A stretch of DNA of 64,000 nt from Negaprion brevirostris (lineage: Eukaryota). Location of the stretch: assembly GCA_030324005.1 (NCBI GenBank), contig JARDVH010000073.1, positions 84,009,376-84,073,375 of the forward strand. Direction: 5' to 3'. This document shows positions 1 to 13,713 of the stretch, in pieces (position 1 is the first letter of the stretch; every line of letters starts with the position of its first letter). Made by a program: the position numbers and the translations under genes. The notes under the pieces were generated by a model that saw only the letters and a program-made list of their open reading frames with translations, was not told where the DNA came from and searched no databases.

Positions 1-789
1 AGATAATACCTTCTAACGTCTGAAGTCTTCAACTATAATTATTCAGAGTTTGAGACTTTCTCTGAGGGTACCAGGAAGCAGGAGAATTATCCATCAGAAG
101 TTCAAACTTCCCGGACAATCCCTATGGAGTCAGGATTTCTGAGAGGTCCCATCACGTACCTTGGGGTGTACTTCTGGTCTTACACTATCTTTAGACAGTA
201 AGGTCTGAGCATATTGGGTCCCATTATAATCACCTAGGTCTGTTCTGAGGATTTATCTGAGGCATGTTACAGGCATAGGGCTGGAGAATCTTTAGTCCGC
301 ATCTATGTTGAATCTGATGCTCACACTGATCTGAACTGGGAAGAATTCCATTCCTCAGCGCTTGTCTGGTCCACCTGATGAACATAAGTTACCTAGAATA
401 TAATTAAACCTCTTGATTTGCATTTTTCTGTTTGTTTTTCTGTCCTCTGACTTTTAATTTACTCATTTTACTCTATAATCTATTCTACCTACCTTAGATT
501 TTTATTTTTAAATCCAAATTATTTATTTAGCAATAGTCTGGGATCTTCTGTTCTCACCATTGAATAACTTTGAACCAGTTAGATTTAATTTATCTAAAAT
601 ATTGATTCCAAAGTTCTGTTTTTCCAGCCACTGATATGCAAACATTGAAAGATTCACATGTTCATGACTTTAATGTAAGACAGTCAATCTTTGACAATTT
701 TCTCCAAATCTAAACAGGATAACACTGCCGACTGGGGATGTATTTGTTATTGATTCCCAGAAAAGAAGCACTCTCAATCTGGCACGCTA

Positions 790-1518
790 AAGAACAAAAA
801 ACAAGGCAGCACAGGAACAGGCTTTCGGCCCACCAAGCCTGCGCCAATCATGTTGTTCTCTCTAGACCAAACNNNNNNNNNNNNNNNNNNNNNNNNNNNN
901 NNNNNNNNNNNNNNNNNNNNNNNNNNNNNNNNNNNNNNNNNNNNNNNNNNNNNNNNNNNNNNNNNNNNNNNNTTTTTTTCTATCTAGACCAAACGACTGT
1001 ATCCCTTTATTCGCTGCCTATTCATGTGTCCGTTCAGATAACTGTCGCCTCAACTACCTCACTTGGCAGTACGTTACAGGTCCCCACCACCCTCTGCGTA
1101 AAAGACTTCCCCCATACATCACCACTGAACATTCCTCCCCCCTCCCCTCCCCTTATCTTGAACTTATGCCCCTTTGTAATTTTCATTTCTGCTCTGGGAA
1201 AAAGCTTCCAATTGTTCACCTTATCCATGGCCCTCATAATTTTATACACTTCTATCAGGTTGCCCCTCAGCCTCCGTCTTTCCAGGGAGAATAAACCCAG
1301 TTTATTTAATCTCTCTTCACAACTAATATCTTCCATATCAGGCAACATCCTGGTAAATCTTTTCTGTACTCCCTCCAAACCCTCCATATCCTTCTGGTAG
1401 TGTGGCAACCAGAATTGGACACAGCATTCCAAATGCAGCCTAACTAATGTTTTATATGACTGTAACATAATTTGCCAATCTTTATACTCGATGCCCCGGT
1501 TGATGAAGGCAAGCATGC
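790..1518 (-). mobile_element. CR1/HER1-type LINE, 5'-truncated (ORF2 C-terminus and 3' UTR)
   Basis: ORF 1034-1516 contains LVRLHLECCVQFWLP..QKRFTRM..LGLFSLERRRLRGNLIEVYKIM, the CR1 ORF2 tail. The 3' UTR is seen at about 790-870. Confidence 0.92.
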
Positions 1519-2989
1519 CTTAAAGGTTAAATATTCCCAAAAGATTAACTTTTCAAAAACCTTTTGTTTACATCACTTGCATAGGGGCACAGTTGTTGCA
1601 TTGAATTCCTTCTTCATTATGATTTCATTGCAATTATTAATAATTGTTTAGCCTTCCCAAACTCTTTTTATTTGGCTTACTTACTCTGTCAAAACCATTG
1701 GCTCATGCTGAGAGTATTGAACTAAGTGTTTGACCATTAAATGGGATTCTGAAAGTGACTTTATACACCAAAACCACTGACAAAGAACTTCATATTTTGT
1801 TGATTTTTAAAGTTATCTTAAATTGAAGTCTGTGAAAATCCAAATGTTTGGCCTGGTCTATTTCAAACGTATTACTCTATTTATCATGAGAGAAAACTAA
1901 CATTCATGTTTGTGAGCAAAAACAGCACTAATTTTTTGCAAGAATTGACTCTTAAATTAAGATGTGCTGATGTTCTGAATACTCATTTGTGAACCCTTAT
2001 AAGCTTCTTAGGGGCTACCTGATCTTGCAGACCATCTGCTTACCATTCAAATTAAAATCAGAAGCAACTTATTGAAAGAACATCAAAAGTGATAAAATGC
2101 AAGAAATTACTCTTACAAGTGGAAAGTTGAAAAATAGAATCATTTTGAATGTTCACTATTATTATAGCATAACTACAGAAGCTCATCTCCATTATAAATT
2201 AATGCCACAAGAATTGACATGCTTTTCAGATTGTTCTGAATGAACTATTTGATAACTTGAAGCATATCTGCAATAAAAAAAGTAATTTAAGAATATACAG
2301 AATTAATCGGTAGCTGTGGTGTTGCTGTGTTATCAGGAATTCATGCTTCCTGCACCCATGACTATTCATTACACTCTAACTCATTACTGCGAGCTTTTCA
2401 AGGAAGTTCCAAAATAATTATGCTTCTGAACAAGAGGAAAGGAGCAATCAGCAGTTCACCTTAGGCCATTCTTGTGTACGACTTAATCAAGAGGAATATT
2501 GGTATAGGTCTGCAACCACTTGCTTACGTACAGGTTTAGTAAACAAATGCAAAGTTTGGTCAGGTACTCAGCTCCAGATGTCACATCTGATCTCTAACCT
2601 ATGCCAAATTAGTTGTCAAAGTGATGGTGATTTGCCTTCAATGAAAATGGAAAAAAATTAACTAGGATTTCTACAGCTGATTACTTTCCAATAAAATCAC
2701 TAGACTGCAGAAATGTGCATTTCTAGTGAGAAGATCATTCCATGTCATTATGCCACCATAGTCAATTGGCCTGTTTCTGTTGTAACGTAAGTTAAGGGAT
2801 ATCAGCATGACACTAGTAGTAGGGAAATATGACATGTGGTCCAGTCTTAGCTTCACTTTTGCTTTGAGAAGAATACACATACAAGTCTGATGCCTTCAAG
2901 CTTTATATCTATCTATAACTGTTCAAATGTTCCTAGTCTTAATAAACAAATACACAAGGTATTTAATCAATCTTGAATGAATGACTTGA

Positions 2990-3790
2990 TAAAGGTTACA
3001 GCTGAGGAATGAGGTACAAGTAGGTACAAGCCAGGCACTTGATGATCACATTAGATACATTTAGCAGATTGCCTATCCCAGCGAAAACAGAAAATATATC
3101 CTTAGATCTTCAACTTGATTTTATTGACATTAAAGTTGAAGATGTTCTCCAAATAGGTTTGGTACATTTTACACAATACAATTGCCTAAAGTTACAAGAA
3201 GAAATTGCAAGATCCTACACTACAAAAACTGTGGAAAACCATCACTGAAGGGTGGCCTGATACAATTCAGAGTGTCCACAACCACATAAGACTATTTGGT
3301 CTTATTGGGAAGAGTAAAGCTTCTCCCCAGAAGTTATTTTTAAAAGTAAACAGGCCAATTTTGGTAACTCATTACTCACAAAGGGACGTAGATCATTCGA
3401 GAAGACTCACAAGTGAGGCAATCCAATGGCCAGGTATGAATAATGATATTGAAGTCATCGTCAAGAAATGCAAAGCATGTCAAAAGCATATGCCAAGTCA
3501 GCACAAATCACCACCGATTCCACATAAAGTCCACGTCCTTCCTTGGATCAAATTCACATCCATTCTCTTTCATATCCATGTCGCTGACTTTACTGTCATT
3601 ATTAACTACTTTACCAATATCCCATTATTCTACAATTGCACAATATGTCAAATATAGAATGTGAAACAATTGTAAGTTCTATTTTCAGTTTATTTGGTGT
3701 ACTTATAGAGATCATTACAGACAGCAGTCCATAATTTACTGGTAAGCCATTTCAGGATATGTGTGAGAATTGGAATCAATCACGCTGCTT
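2990..3790 (+). mobile_element. Ty3/Gypsy pol relic, part 1 (RNase H end, integrase zinc finger and core start)
   Basis: YKPG..MITLDTFSRLP, QDPTLQKL...I.EGWP, WPGMNNDIE..VKKCKACQ, PW....LF, and DSSP*FTGKPF (DNGPQF-like); frameshifts and stops present. Confidence 0.85.
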
Positions 3791-3966
3791 CTTCTGAATG
3801 GCTGTAACTTGGGAGAAGGGAGTGTGCAGTGGCGACTGAGTGTCCTTGTGCACCAGTCACTGAAGGTAAGTATGCAGGTGGAGCAGGTGGTAAAGAAGGC
3901 AAATGGCATGTTGGCCTTTATCATGAGAGGTTTCATGTACAGAAGCAGGAATGTGCTGTCACAATT

Positions 3967-4536
3967 ATGATCCGGAGATGCCAGCGTTGGACTGGGGTAA
4001 ACACAGTAAGAAGTCCCACAAAACCAGGTTAAAGTCCAACAGGTTTATTTGGTAGTAAAAAAGCCACTAGCTTTCAAAGCACTGCTCCTTCATGATGGAG
4101 GAGCAGTGCTTCGAAAGATAANNNNNNNNNNNNNNNNNNNNNNNNNNNNNNNNNNNNNNNNNNNNNNNNNNNNNNNNNNNNNNNNNNNNNNNNNNNNNNN
4201 NNNNNNNNNNNNNNNNNNNNNNNNNNNNNNNNNNNNNNNNNNNNNNNNNNNNNNNNNNNNNNNNNNNNNNNNNNNNNNNNNNNNNNNNNNNNNNNNNNNN
4301 NNNNNNNNNNNNNNNNNNNNTCTCACAGTCCAAAGATGTGTGGATTAGGTTGATTGGCTGTGCTAAAATTGCCCCTTCGAGTCCTGAGATGACTAGATTA
4401 GTGGATAAATGTATAGGGATATGGGGGGGTAGGGCCTGGGTGGGATTGTGGTCGGTGCAGACTCAATGGGGCCAGATGGCCTCTTTCTGCACTGTAGAGT
4501 TTCTATAATTCTATGATGTTGTGAGATTTCTTACTG
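3967..4536. mobile_element. Penelope-like fragment with inverted arms; its right arm contains an N gap and a SINE
   Basis: Left arm matches 57072-57202. The arm sequence cagtaagaagtcccacaa recurs inverted as ttgtgagatttcttactg at about 4519-4536. Central palindrome at 4071-4117. Confidence 0.6.
4321..4516 (+). mobile_element. HE1/V-SINE 3' half with CR1-type TTCTATGA tail
   Basis: cacagtccaaagatgtg..ttaggttgattggc..gcactgtagagtttctat, matching 30093-30414. Confidence 0.85.
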
Positions 4537-5587
4537 TTGTTGCAATTATACAGGGCCTTGATGAGGCCACATCTAGAATATTGTGTGCAGTTTTGGTCTC
4601 CTTTTCTGAGGAAGGATGTTCTTGCTCTTGAAGAAGTGCAGCGAAGGTTTACCAGACTGATTCCAGGGATGGTGGGACAGATGTATGAGGAGAGCTTGAC
4701 TAGATTAGAACTGTTTTCACTGGAGTTCAAACAAATGAGGAGGAATCTCATAGACACTTATAAAATTCTAACAGGACTAGACAGGATAGATGGAGGAGGA
4801 TATTCCCAATGGTGGGGGAGTCCAGAACCAGAGGTCACAGTCGGAGGATTCAGTGTAGACCATTTAGGATAGAAGTGAGGAGACATTTCTTCATCAAAAG
4901 AGTGTTGAGCCTGTGGAATTCATTACCACAGGAAGTAGTTGATGTCAAAACATTGAATGTATTCAAGTGGCGGCTGGATATAGCACCGGGGGCAAATGGG
5001 ATCAAAGGTTATGGAGGAAAAGCAAGATTATACGATTGAGTTGGAAGGACTAAAGTAATTCCTGGTCCTAAACCTCCACAATTCACTAGAAATAGGATGG
5101 TAGGCCAATGTGCTACAAGAGAGGTTGACATTCTAAAAGCTATAACTATTTATTTACATGTTCATGTTTAGCTTTTGCACAAGTGCATGTAACAGATGAA
5201 TCTTTCATCTTTCATGAAGCTTTGCTCGGGTGGATATAACTGTTACTAGGGGCATAACTATAAGGTTCAAGGTGGAAGATATAGGAGGGATGTCTGAGGT
5301 AGATTCTTTACTCAGAGAGTGATATAGATAGGTTGGTGTGTTGGGCGGATAGGTGGCAGATGGAATTTAATCCTGACAAATGCGAGGTGATGCATTTNNN
5401 NNNNNNNNNNNNNNNNNATGATAGGGAGTGGGATAGCTTGATCTAGGTTTCAGACAAAGCTCAGCACAACATTGAGGGCCAAAGGGCCTGTACTGTGCTG
5501 TACTGTTCTATGTTCTATGCAATGGCAGAGCAGGTTTAAAGAGCCAAATGGCCTCCTCCTGCTCCTACCTTCTATGTTCCTATGTTG

Positions 5588-6209
5588 CTCTTCATGTCCC
5601 CAGATCTAACAGCCTGACTGAATGAATTAGTCATGCAGTGAAATCTCTAACTCTCAAATGTAGACAGACCAAGCAAGGTCTATATATTGTAATGTTACAT
5701 CCAAGTGTGACAACTTTACGTGCAACTTTTTTATCACCATCAGAGCTCATGTTTGACAGACAAGTAGTTTTCATATTTTTACCCATTCTACTCTCTCAGA
5801 AAGTAGAGAGCAGCTTTTAAAACTAAGAGAGAAGATGACCAATGTGCAAGATAAAACTGCTGATATAGAATTGTCAAAATTGCAGTTGGAACAGTAAGGA
5901 TGCATTCAGGACCCCACAGAAAGCTAGTGGAAATTAGCCAGGGTGACAAAAATGTGTTCAGAACCAAGGGCCTTTGAAAGGATTGGATACAAAGGCACAA
6001 TGGTGAGGTATAATTGAGGACAAACCAGCTCTATTCCGGTTCCTCAACCACAATGCAGATTGACTGCATCTAAGACAAGATGCAACCAGGAACATCCAAG
6101 AATGACAAGCTCATAAATCGCTGTGAGCAATTAAAAAAACCTTCAGATAAGGTTAACATTACAACATCTTGGCATATGAGCAGATTACCTTTACGCATTA
6201 GAGACTCAT
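5588..6209 (+). mobile_element. Ty3/Gypsy pol relic, part 2 (integrase C-terminal half)
   Basis: Resumes with HVPRSNSLTE..AVKSL..K..SPSELMFDRQV (HYPQSNGLAE...SPAEL.FGR-like), collinear with part 1. Confidence 0.75.
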
Positions 6210-7249
6210 AGATTCATCTGTTGCATGCACTTGTGCAAAAGCTAAACATGAACATGTAAATAAATAGTTATACCTTTTAGAATGTCAGCCCCTCTTATAG
6301 CATGTTGGCCTACCATCCTACTTCTGGTGAATTGTGGAGGTTTAGGACCAGGATTTACTTTACTTTAGTCTTCCACCAACACAAATTCATTTTTTTGAGG
6401 AAGCCAAAGCAGGCAGCAAGAACAGAACTGATTGGTGAACAAAACTTTGTAAGGGGTAAGATAAACTTGTGATGGCTGGAGGGNNNNNNNNNNNNNNNNN
6501 NNNNNCTGGAATATCTGAGTATGAAGATGAGAAAGAAGGGCTTCAATAGGAGGAAGTAGAATTATAGAATCTCAGTGTTTTATGTAGAGCAAACACTTGT
6601 CATCTGAAACCCCCATCAGAGTGTATGTGTGTAGACAAATTAGAAAATCTTGCACAAAATTCAAACCAGCAAGGTTTAACCTTAAGAATTCTGTGTCATC
6701 TTTGTTCAGATTCTACTTAAACGATATTGTCAGAAGTGATTTCTGTTGCATAGATTAACAGAGATTAACAAAGACTCATCACTGCAAATTTACAGACATA
6801 AACATAATCCCAAAAAACTTTATCCAATTGTTATTTGTATTGATGTTTATTAGAAGTTTAATTTACCAACCTATTATCAGAGAATGTTAATGACAGTGGT
6901 ATATATTAGTAGGAAATTAATGTTACTATCTAGTGTGAAGGGAAACTGTAACCAAACTCTCCCTTATGTTCAAAATCTTGAATTGTGGACAAAGCAAGTA
7001 TGACACAACCTCTGCCCAATTGCAGTCCCATTTCAATTTGGGTTTAATGACCAATATTAATACCCTGATCTGCATATGCAGGGTACATAATGCCTGTTTT
7101 TAGAAGGTTTCCTGTACGTCTGCAAGTTGCTGCCTTCCAATATGCAATCGCAGTTAACAGATTTTGTTCAACTCTTCCTGCAGTTCAGCACACTGCCCAC
7201 TGAGTGAAATTGTGTAGCATGAAATCCTTCAAGCTCAACTCTGCATATC

Positions 7250-7640
7250 TCAGCAGCAGCTCTTTCATTTCAGTCAGAGGTGATAGGCTCAAGTCTTACG
7301 TAAGCGATCTGAGTGCATAATCCAAGCTGACTCTTCAAAGCAGTATTGTGAGAGTGCTGCAATGTCAGAGGTGCCTTTAAGTTGAGAAAGTGCCTTTCTG
7401 CCTCAATAGCTAAAACATCACACGACATTTATTGCTAAATGAACGTGACTAAAATACAACTTATTTTGTCAATTATTACATTCCTCTCTGTGGGTGTTGT
7501 TTTGCGTAGAATTATCTACTAAATTTCCCCATGTTCCAACATTGACTACACTCTAAAAAGCAATTGATTGGGGTAAAAAAAGCAGTCTCTGATGTCCTGG
7601 AGATATGAAAGGCAGCGTACTGTTGTAAGTTCTTTCCTTT
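7250..7640 (+). mobile_element. Old Deu-domain (SacSINE/AmnSINE-like) SINE relic
   Basis: gagtgcataatccaagctgac..gcagtattgtgagagtgctgcaatgtcagaggtgcc resembles the Deu core. Related degraded pieces lie at about 15745-15995 and 39700-39810. Confidence 0.55.
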
Positions 7641-10203
7641 CATTTATTTATATAAGAACATAAGAAATAGGAGCAGGAGTAGGCCATCTAGCCCTTTGAG
7701 CCTGCCCCACCATTCANNNNNNNNNNNNNNNNNNNNNNNNNNNNNNNNNNNNNNNNNNNNNNNNNNNNNNNNNNNNNNNNNNNNNNNNNNNNNNNNNNNN
7801 NNNNNNNNNNNNNNNNNNNNNNNNNNNNNNNNNNNNNNNNNNNNNNNNNNNNNNNNNNNNNNNNNNNNNNNNNNNNNNNNNNNNNNNNNNNNNNNNNNNN
7901 NNNNNNNNNNNNNNNNNNNNNNNNNNNNNNNNNNNNNNNNNNNNNNNNNNNNNNNNNNNNNNNNNNNNNNNNNNNNNNNNNNNNNNNNNNNNNNNNNNNN
8001 NNNNNNNNNNNNNNNNNNNNNNNNNNNNNNNNNNNNNNNNNNNNNNNNNNNNNNNNNNNNNNNNNNNNNNNNNNNNNNNNNNNNNNNNNNNNNNNNNNNN
8101 NNNNNNNNNNNNNNNNNNNNNNNNNNNNNNNNNNNNNNNNNNNNNNNNNNNNNNNNNNNNNNNNNNNNNNNNNNNNNNNNNNNNNNNNNNNNNNNNNNNN
8201 NNNNNNNNNNNNNNNNNNNNNNNNNNNNNNNNNNNNNNNNNNNNNNNNNNNNNNNNNNNNNNNNNNNNNNNNNNNNNNNNNNNNNNNNNNNNNNNNNNNN
8301 NNNNNNNNNNNNNNNNNNNNNNNNNNNNNNNNNNNNNNNNNNNNNNNNNNNNNNNNNNNNNNNNNNNNNNNNNNNNNNNNNCTACCACAGTTGTGCATAT
8401 ATCATAAACAGGGACACAAATGGTGTTAAGAAAACAATTCCACACACAGCCAACTATTCAGTAATTATAAAATTAACAAGTATAATCTTGCATTGAACTG
8501 CTATGCCAGGCAGAATAGGAAAGTCAATGCTCATATAAATGCTCACCTTTGTGTCCATGGGAGTGGTGGAGGGAGGAGGGGGGAAATAATTGGTTTTGTA
8601 AGGGTGCTTGGAACTATGCTGAATCTTATAGTTAATGTGCGCATGGAAGCTGTGAAAGATCTGTTGGAAAATTGACTGCTGCTTTCCCTATTTTTACTGT
8701 AAGACGAAGGAGATGGTTGTTAATATGCAGCAGTGTGAGCAGTAATAAATAGCAAAGTTTAGGAAATTTTGACTGTCGGACAAATTATATTCATTTTTGT
8801 TGGAAATTTAAATCTATTTTTTATTGAAGATGAATACTTAGAACACCATTGATTATTCTTTAATTACTGGGAAACTGAAAACTTGGATTACCTCAAAACA
8901 AAAACTTATGATAAGAAAACTCAGAAGTCAATTTAAAAGGATATATCCATTCATCCCTGAAACATTCTGAGAATAGAATCTTAAACATGTTGTTCCGCTG
9001 CCAGAAGTGTGGAGTGCATAATACGGTCAACAAACCCTCTAATGAAAAATGCGATATTGAGATTTTGGGAAACAATTGTACAATCAATGAAAAGAATTTT
9101 GGTGTAAAACAAAAAAATCTGGATGTTTAAATGCAGACAATTAAAATTAGACCACTGTAACAGCATCATTAAGATGATATCTCAATAAGGTTGAATCACT
9201 GGTACTTGTAATGTGTTTCAGATGAAAAGAGTCAAAATTATGTGATACAATCACTAATTGAAAGGAAGGAAAATTTCAGGAAGNNNNNNNNNNGACAGAT
9301 TCACTACATTTTCTCTCCATTTTTGGTGGGCAGGATTAACAGAAGTTTGAAGCAAGTTAATTCCCTAATTTGTCAAATGAATTTTTTGGAGGGCAGAGGA
9401 AGAATGAACTAAACTGGGTCACCTTTCTGCAGTGCTGTCATAATACAAAAGTTAGTCTGTCTCGAACTGGCAGGTAGAACACAAACTATCTGCAATAAGA
9501 AGCAAAAACCATCGGAGGCCTCTCTTACTGTATCATATTGACTAACCATGTGCCAAGCACACCTGAGAATAAGCACTCATTCCAGGAAGTTCTTGAATTT
9601 GTCCAATACATTTCTTCAATTTCTTATCTAATACATTTACTGATCAAAAAAAAACTTGTTCTCACTTGAGTGGTGCTGCAATTAATCATATTTCCAAAAT
9701 CCCAAGGTTTATTTTGCCTTCAATAAAGGACTTTAATTTCAAAACAATTATTTATTCAGTAATATTTAAACCTTCACCTACTTGAATTATTGTTCATTTT
9801 ATGGGTCCATTAACAAGTGGTCAAAATATTTTGTTTTATATTATAAATACCTTTGGGACACAAAGTAGTGCAGTGCAGTCTTTGAAATATTTAGCTTAGT
9901 CAAACACAAACATTATAAGTAAGAATAATGGGCTGGTTAATGGCGAGCCGTCTTTGCCGCTGGAAAACACAGCAAGGATGCTGGAAAATCCTGTCCACAG
10001 AATAGATCCACACAAGAAAACTAAGGTAAAACAAGAGAGAAGAAATACTTTCAGAAAGAGTCAAATTGAATTCATGTTCAGACAAGCAGACTGATACAAA
10101 CATCATGTATGTTGCAGCAAAAGAGCCATGCAGAGAGAGTTGAAGATCTGTTATTGTGGGTTTAATCTCAGGATTTGTTGGCTTCTTACTCTCATAGAGA
10201 TCT

Positions 10204-10428
10204 TGTTGGAGGCAATGGTCTTTTGTTCAAAAGCATTTATTTATATGATAATTGTTTACAAAGTTTAAATATGATGAAGACGTAGCTGAAGCTACTCTCC
10301 GAGATGTTTCACACCGTTTCTCAGTGGGAGACATCACTGTGACATCGCTCCATGTGCACATGCTCGGTAGCTAACATTAGAGTTAACCCTTTACTCGAAA
10401 AAGATAAAGGGAGGAGAATAACACAACA
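10204..10428 (-). mobile_element. Possible solo LTR
   Basis: TGTTG...CAACA inverted termini, minus-strand AATAAA (tttatt at about 10236) and a ttaaccctttac motif. No target-site duplication seen. Confidence 0.35.
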
Positions 10429-10509
10429 CAACACATGTTGTGTTCAAGAAGAGGGAAACCAATTACAACAAGAAAGCTGTATTTACTTGTGCCTAATGCC
10501 ATGGGAGTT

Positions 10510-10820
10510 TAAAGATTAAAGTTTATTTATTATTGTCACAAGTAGGCTTTCATCAACATTACAATGAAGTTACTATGAAGATCCCCGAGTCGCCACTCTC
10601 CAGCGCCCATTTGGGTCCACTGAGGGAGAATTTAGCATGGCCAACACACCTACCTAGCATGTCTTTTGAATTATGTGAGGAAACTGGGGCACCCGGAGAA
10701 AACCCACACATACATGGGGAGAACATGCAGACTCCACACAGACAGTGACCCAATCAAATCAAACACGGGTTACTGGCGCTGTGAGGCAGCAGTGCTAACC
10801 ATTATGTCCCTGTGCTACCC
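10510..10820 (-). mobile_element. V-SINE copy with alternative (non-CR1) tail
   Basis: tRNA-like head and the central gtgtggagt..tccccatgt..gggttt core; tail ..gcctacttgtgacaataataaataaac. Confidence 0.85.
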
Positions 10821-13713
10821 TACTATATTACAAGTAACTATATTATAATACATTGACCTGGTTGTGATCGAATAGTCCATCTGACTCACAATCACAGTCA
10901 CCACAGGACACCTGTTCCTTTCTATTACTCCACGTCATTTTTTATTGATTAGGCCTGCATGCACTGCCCAAACTTTACACCCTGTAATCCCTCCTTTTAC
11001 CATTTATTTATTTTTAAATCACTTTTTGTCATTGTAAATTCTTATGACTGGATTAAGACGGAAACCAGTGACATAAATACGTAATCCTACAACTGCCATT
11101 ATATGATGTTGTATAAACTTTACTGCTCAAATTACTGAAAAGTCTTTCCGTATACTTTGCATCCAGAATGAAAATCAAACAGTCTCTCTAAAGGGTAAGT
11201 TGTCTGCCCTGCTATGTCATTGACCAAGTAGTGAAGATTAAATCTGCACAAGTTTACAAACATCATAACAAATATAAATTATAAAGTGTATTAAACTTGG
11301 AGCGTATATGATCTTATGTCATTAGCTAAAATGAATTCAGAATTTTGAAGCCAACTAATTATTCAGCTACGTTTTGCTGACTTTAAAAAAGATAAATGTC
11401 CTATTTGCAAACAACAGTGAGATAAAGAAGGGAGGATGAGAAAATAGGTGGGGGGCACATTTTACGAGAGGGGTGGACAGCTAGTCCCTAAGAAGAAAAG
11501 TTGATTTGCTCCTAGCAAACCTACCTAACAGCCACAATGTGTTGCAAAGGAGCTAAGTTGTCTGACTTCTGCCCCTCACTGGAAAGGGAATCCCAACATC
11601 GGGCTGACTGGCTGCTGCCTCCAGCAGTCCTGGCAGCAGCAAGAGTTCAATAGAGGGCGCTGCCAGGAATTCAGCCAGTCCCAAAAACAAGAACCAATGG
11701 ATCCTGGAGTGAGACCAGTCGAGGCATTGAGAAGAAAGGATTTGGTCTGCTTAGGCAGAGGAGGGGCTGGGTGTAGTCAGATTGGTCTTGGAGAACATTT
11801 GGGTAGGAAAGTGGGAGGGGGGGGGGTACTTTCTTAGCGGGGCTACCCTTGATTTGATAAGGGCAGCCCATTCCCAAAGGTAGTAGCCCCTTTGTCCCCA
11901 ACCTTTTAAAAACTTCTTTAAACAGGTTGATCACTCACGCCTGCCTTCCCAAACCAAACATGTTAATAGGTTCCACTGACCCTTCATTATTCATTTATGT
12001 ATGGTGGACGGGCTGTTGATTTTGGTGCCCACCCAACTGTTGTGTTATGGGGTGAGCTCTGAGTTGGGTGGGAAGATGAGGTGAGCTGGGTACCCACCAT
12101 ATTTTACATGCCAACCTCCATCATAAACACACCCAGTGAGAGCATACAAAATCCAGCTCAGTGTAGCTTTCTTCAGTAAAATTTGATTTACTTTGTCACA
12201 AAAGGTAGGTTAAATTTTGAAACAAAGCCTTTGATGGAAATATATGAAGGGAATGTCGGAGGAGGAGGAGAGGAAAGCATTGATTAAGGGTGCGAAGGTC
12301 TCTCCTGGCCTCTAACCACATGAATTGTAGAAGAGTGGAGAGAACTTTACTGTAGGTCACAGATAAGGTGGATGAGAGCAGCATGCAAGAGGAAGGACAT
12401 ATATGGATTGAATGGGTAATCGAAAATGAAAAATGTTGTGGTTGTGCAAAGGTAGTAGATTAATTTGTAATCTTATAAAAACAATAATGTGCAGAGACAA
12501 CTCTGCACACTAAACGTTCATCACACTTCAGCATAATACTTTCATCATGTCACATGCTTTACACATACAGGCAGTCCTCGACTGTGCATTTCATTTATGA
12601 TGAACAGCACTCATAACATTATTCAACTGACACTCTTGGGGAACAAGTGAAAAAGCATTCAGATATGTGCATTGACGTTCCGAGCTGCTCATCTCCCTGT
12701 CCCAAGGCACTCATTTGGTGTTCCAACATGTTCTATAGAGTCATGGACTTGGCTGATCATTATATTTCCAAACCTTTTATTAACATTGCTATTGGATAAT
12801 ATTAATTTATCGCTTTATTATTCTTCATAATTGATTAAGCAGAAAATTCTCGATTATTTTGGTCAAAATAGTATCAGACCATTTGGTTCAGGAACTCATT
12901 TGATTTATAACATTGTTTTTATGGGAAAATCAGTTCTGACTTGCGACATTTCGACTTAAGACACATTCTTCAGGAACCAATGATGTTATAAGTCTAAGGA
13001 AAGCCTGTATTCAAGCAAATGGACGTCTCTCTCTTTCACGAGACTCACTCAGATATAATTACTTGATTATATGATTATATCATATCTCATAATCAAATGA
13101 CTAAGGATAAGCATTAAATTATCTTTTGATCTTTAAGTATCTTTATTATCACATCTTGCTTTGAGATCTCAGGCTGTTCCACGAACTGAGCTTGCAGTTA
13201 ATTTTATTTCTCTAAGAGTTCACTAACAAGCTTTGCCAAATGCAATGCTCAAGATGCTGAAGTCTGATTTGGTTCTCATGAAGCTTAAACATGAAATATT
13301 CATTTCTCACTTCTGTCACTGAACACTTCCCTAAAATGAATAGATATTTTTGAGAGATGAGTTGGCAGTTATCTGTGATACCTTCTCACAACCAAGTACT
13401 GTTTTCCACAATGAACTGATTGTGTACTGCAGCTATATTAAATCCTGAAGATCTTTAATAAAATTCTTAAAAATCATGATTTCCAGTTTTCTACGGCATT
13501 TTAATTAACTGGTGCTTCAGTTTGACAAAATGATTCTGAATGAAATCTTTGCATTTATTCACCACATATTTTCCCTTATCACATATTGTACCTTGTAAAA
13601 GTTATTGCACAAATATCATTCATTGGCAGGTTGATTGCATCAAAGAAAAATGTTCCTTTTTGCTGGCATAAACCCAAATTTTCCAGTATCCATATAGTGA
13701 AAATTGGAACTTA

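Larger units (their letters stand above)
3805..5041 (+). mobile_element. CR1 LINE 3' fragment, interrupted at about 3967-4536
   Basis: VKKANGMLAFI.RG..YRSR (3770-3970) continues as LQLYRALMRPHLEYCVQFWSP..RRFTRLIPG and ..WNSLPQEVV (4537-5039). Confidence 0.9.

Noticed and set aside
738-1400. 220-aa plus-strand ORF
   Set aside because: It is the antisense frame of the CR1 fragment and spans a gap.
7688-8496. Long ORFs in the ORF track (also 13914-14769, 20112-20753 and 61006-61536)
   Set aside because: They are artefacts of translating through N runs.
13590-13700. Minus-strand LCQQKGTFFFDAINLPMNDICAITFT|gt as a candidate VWD3-start exon
   Set aside because: It lacks the CxxxGDxHYxTFDG motif and a convincing acceptor.
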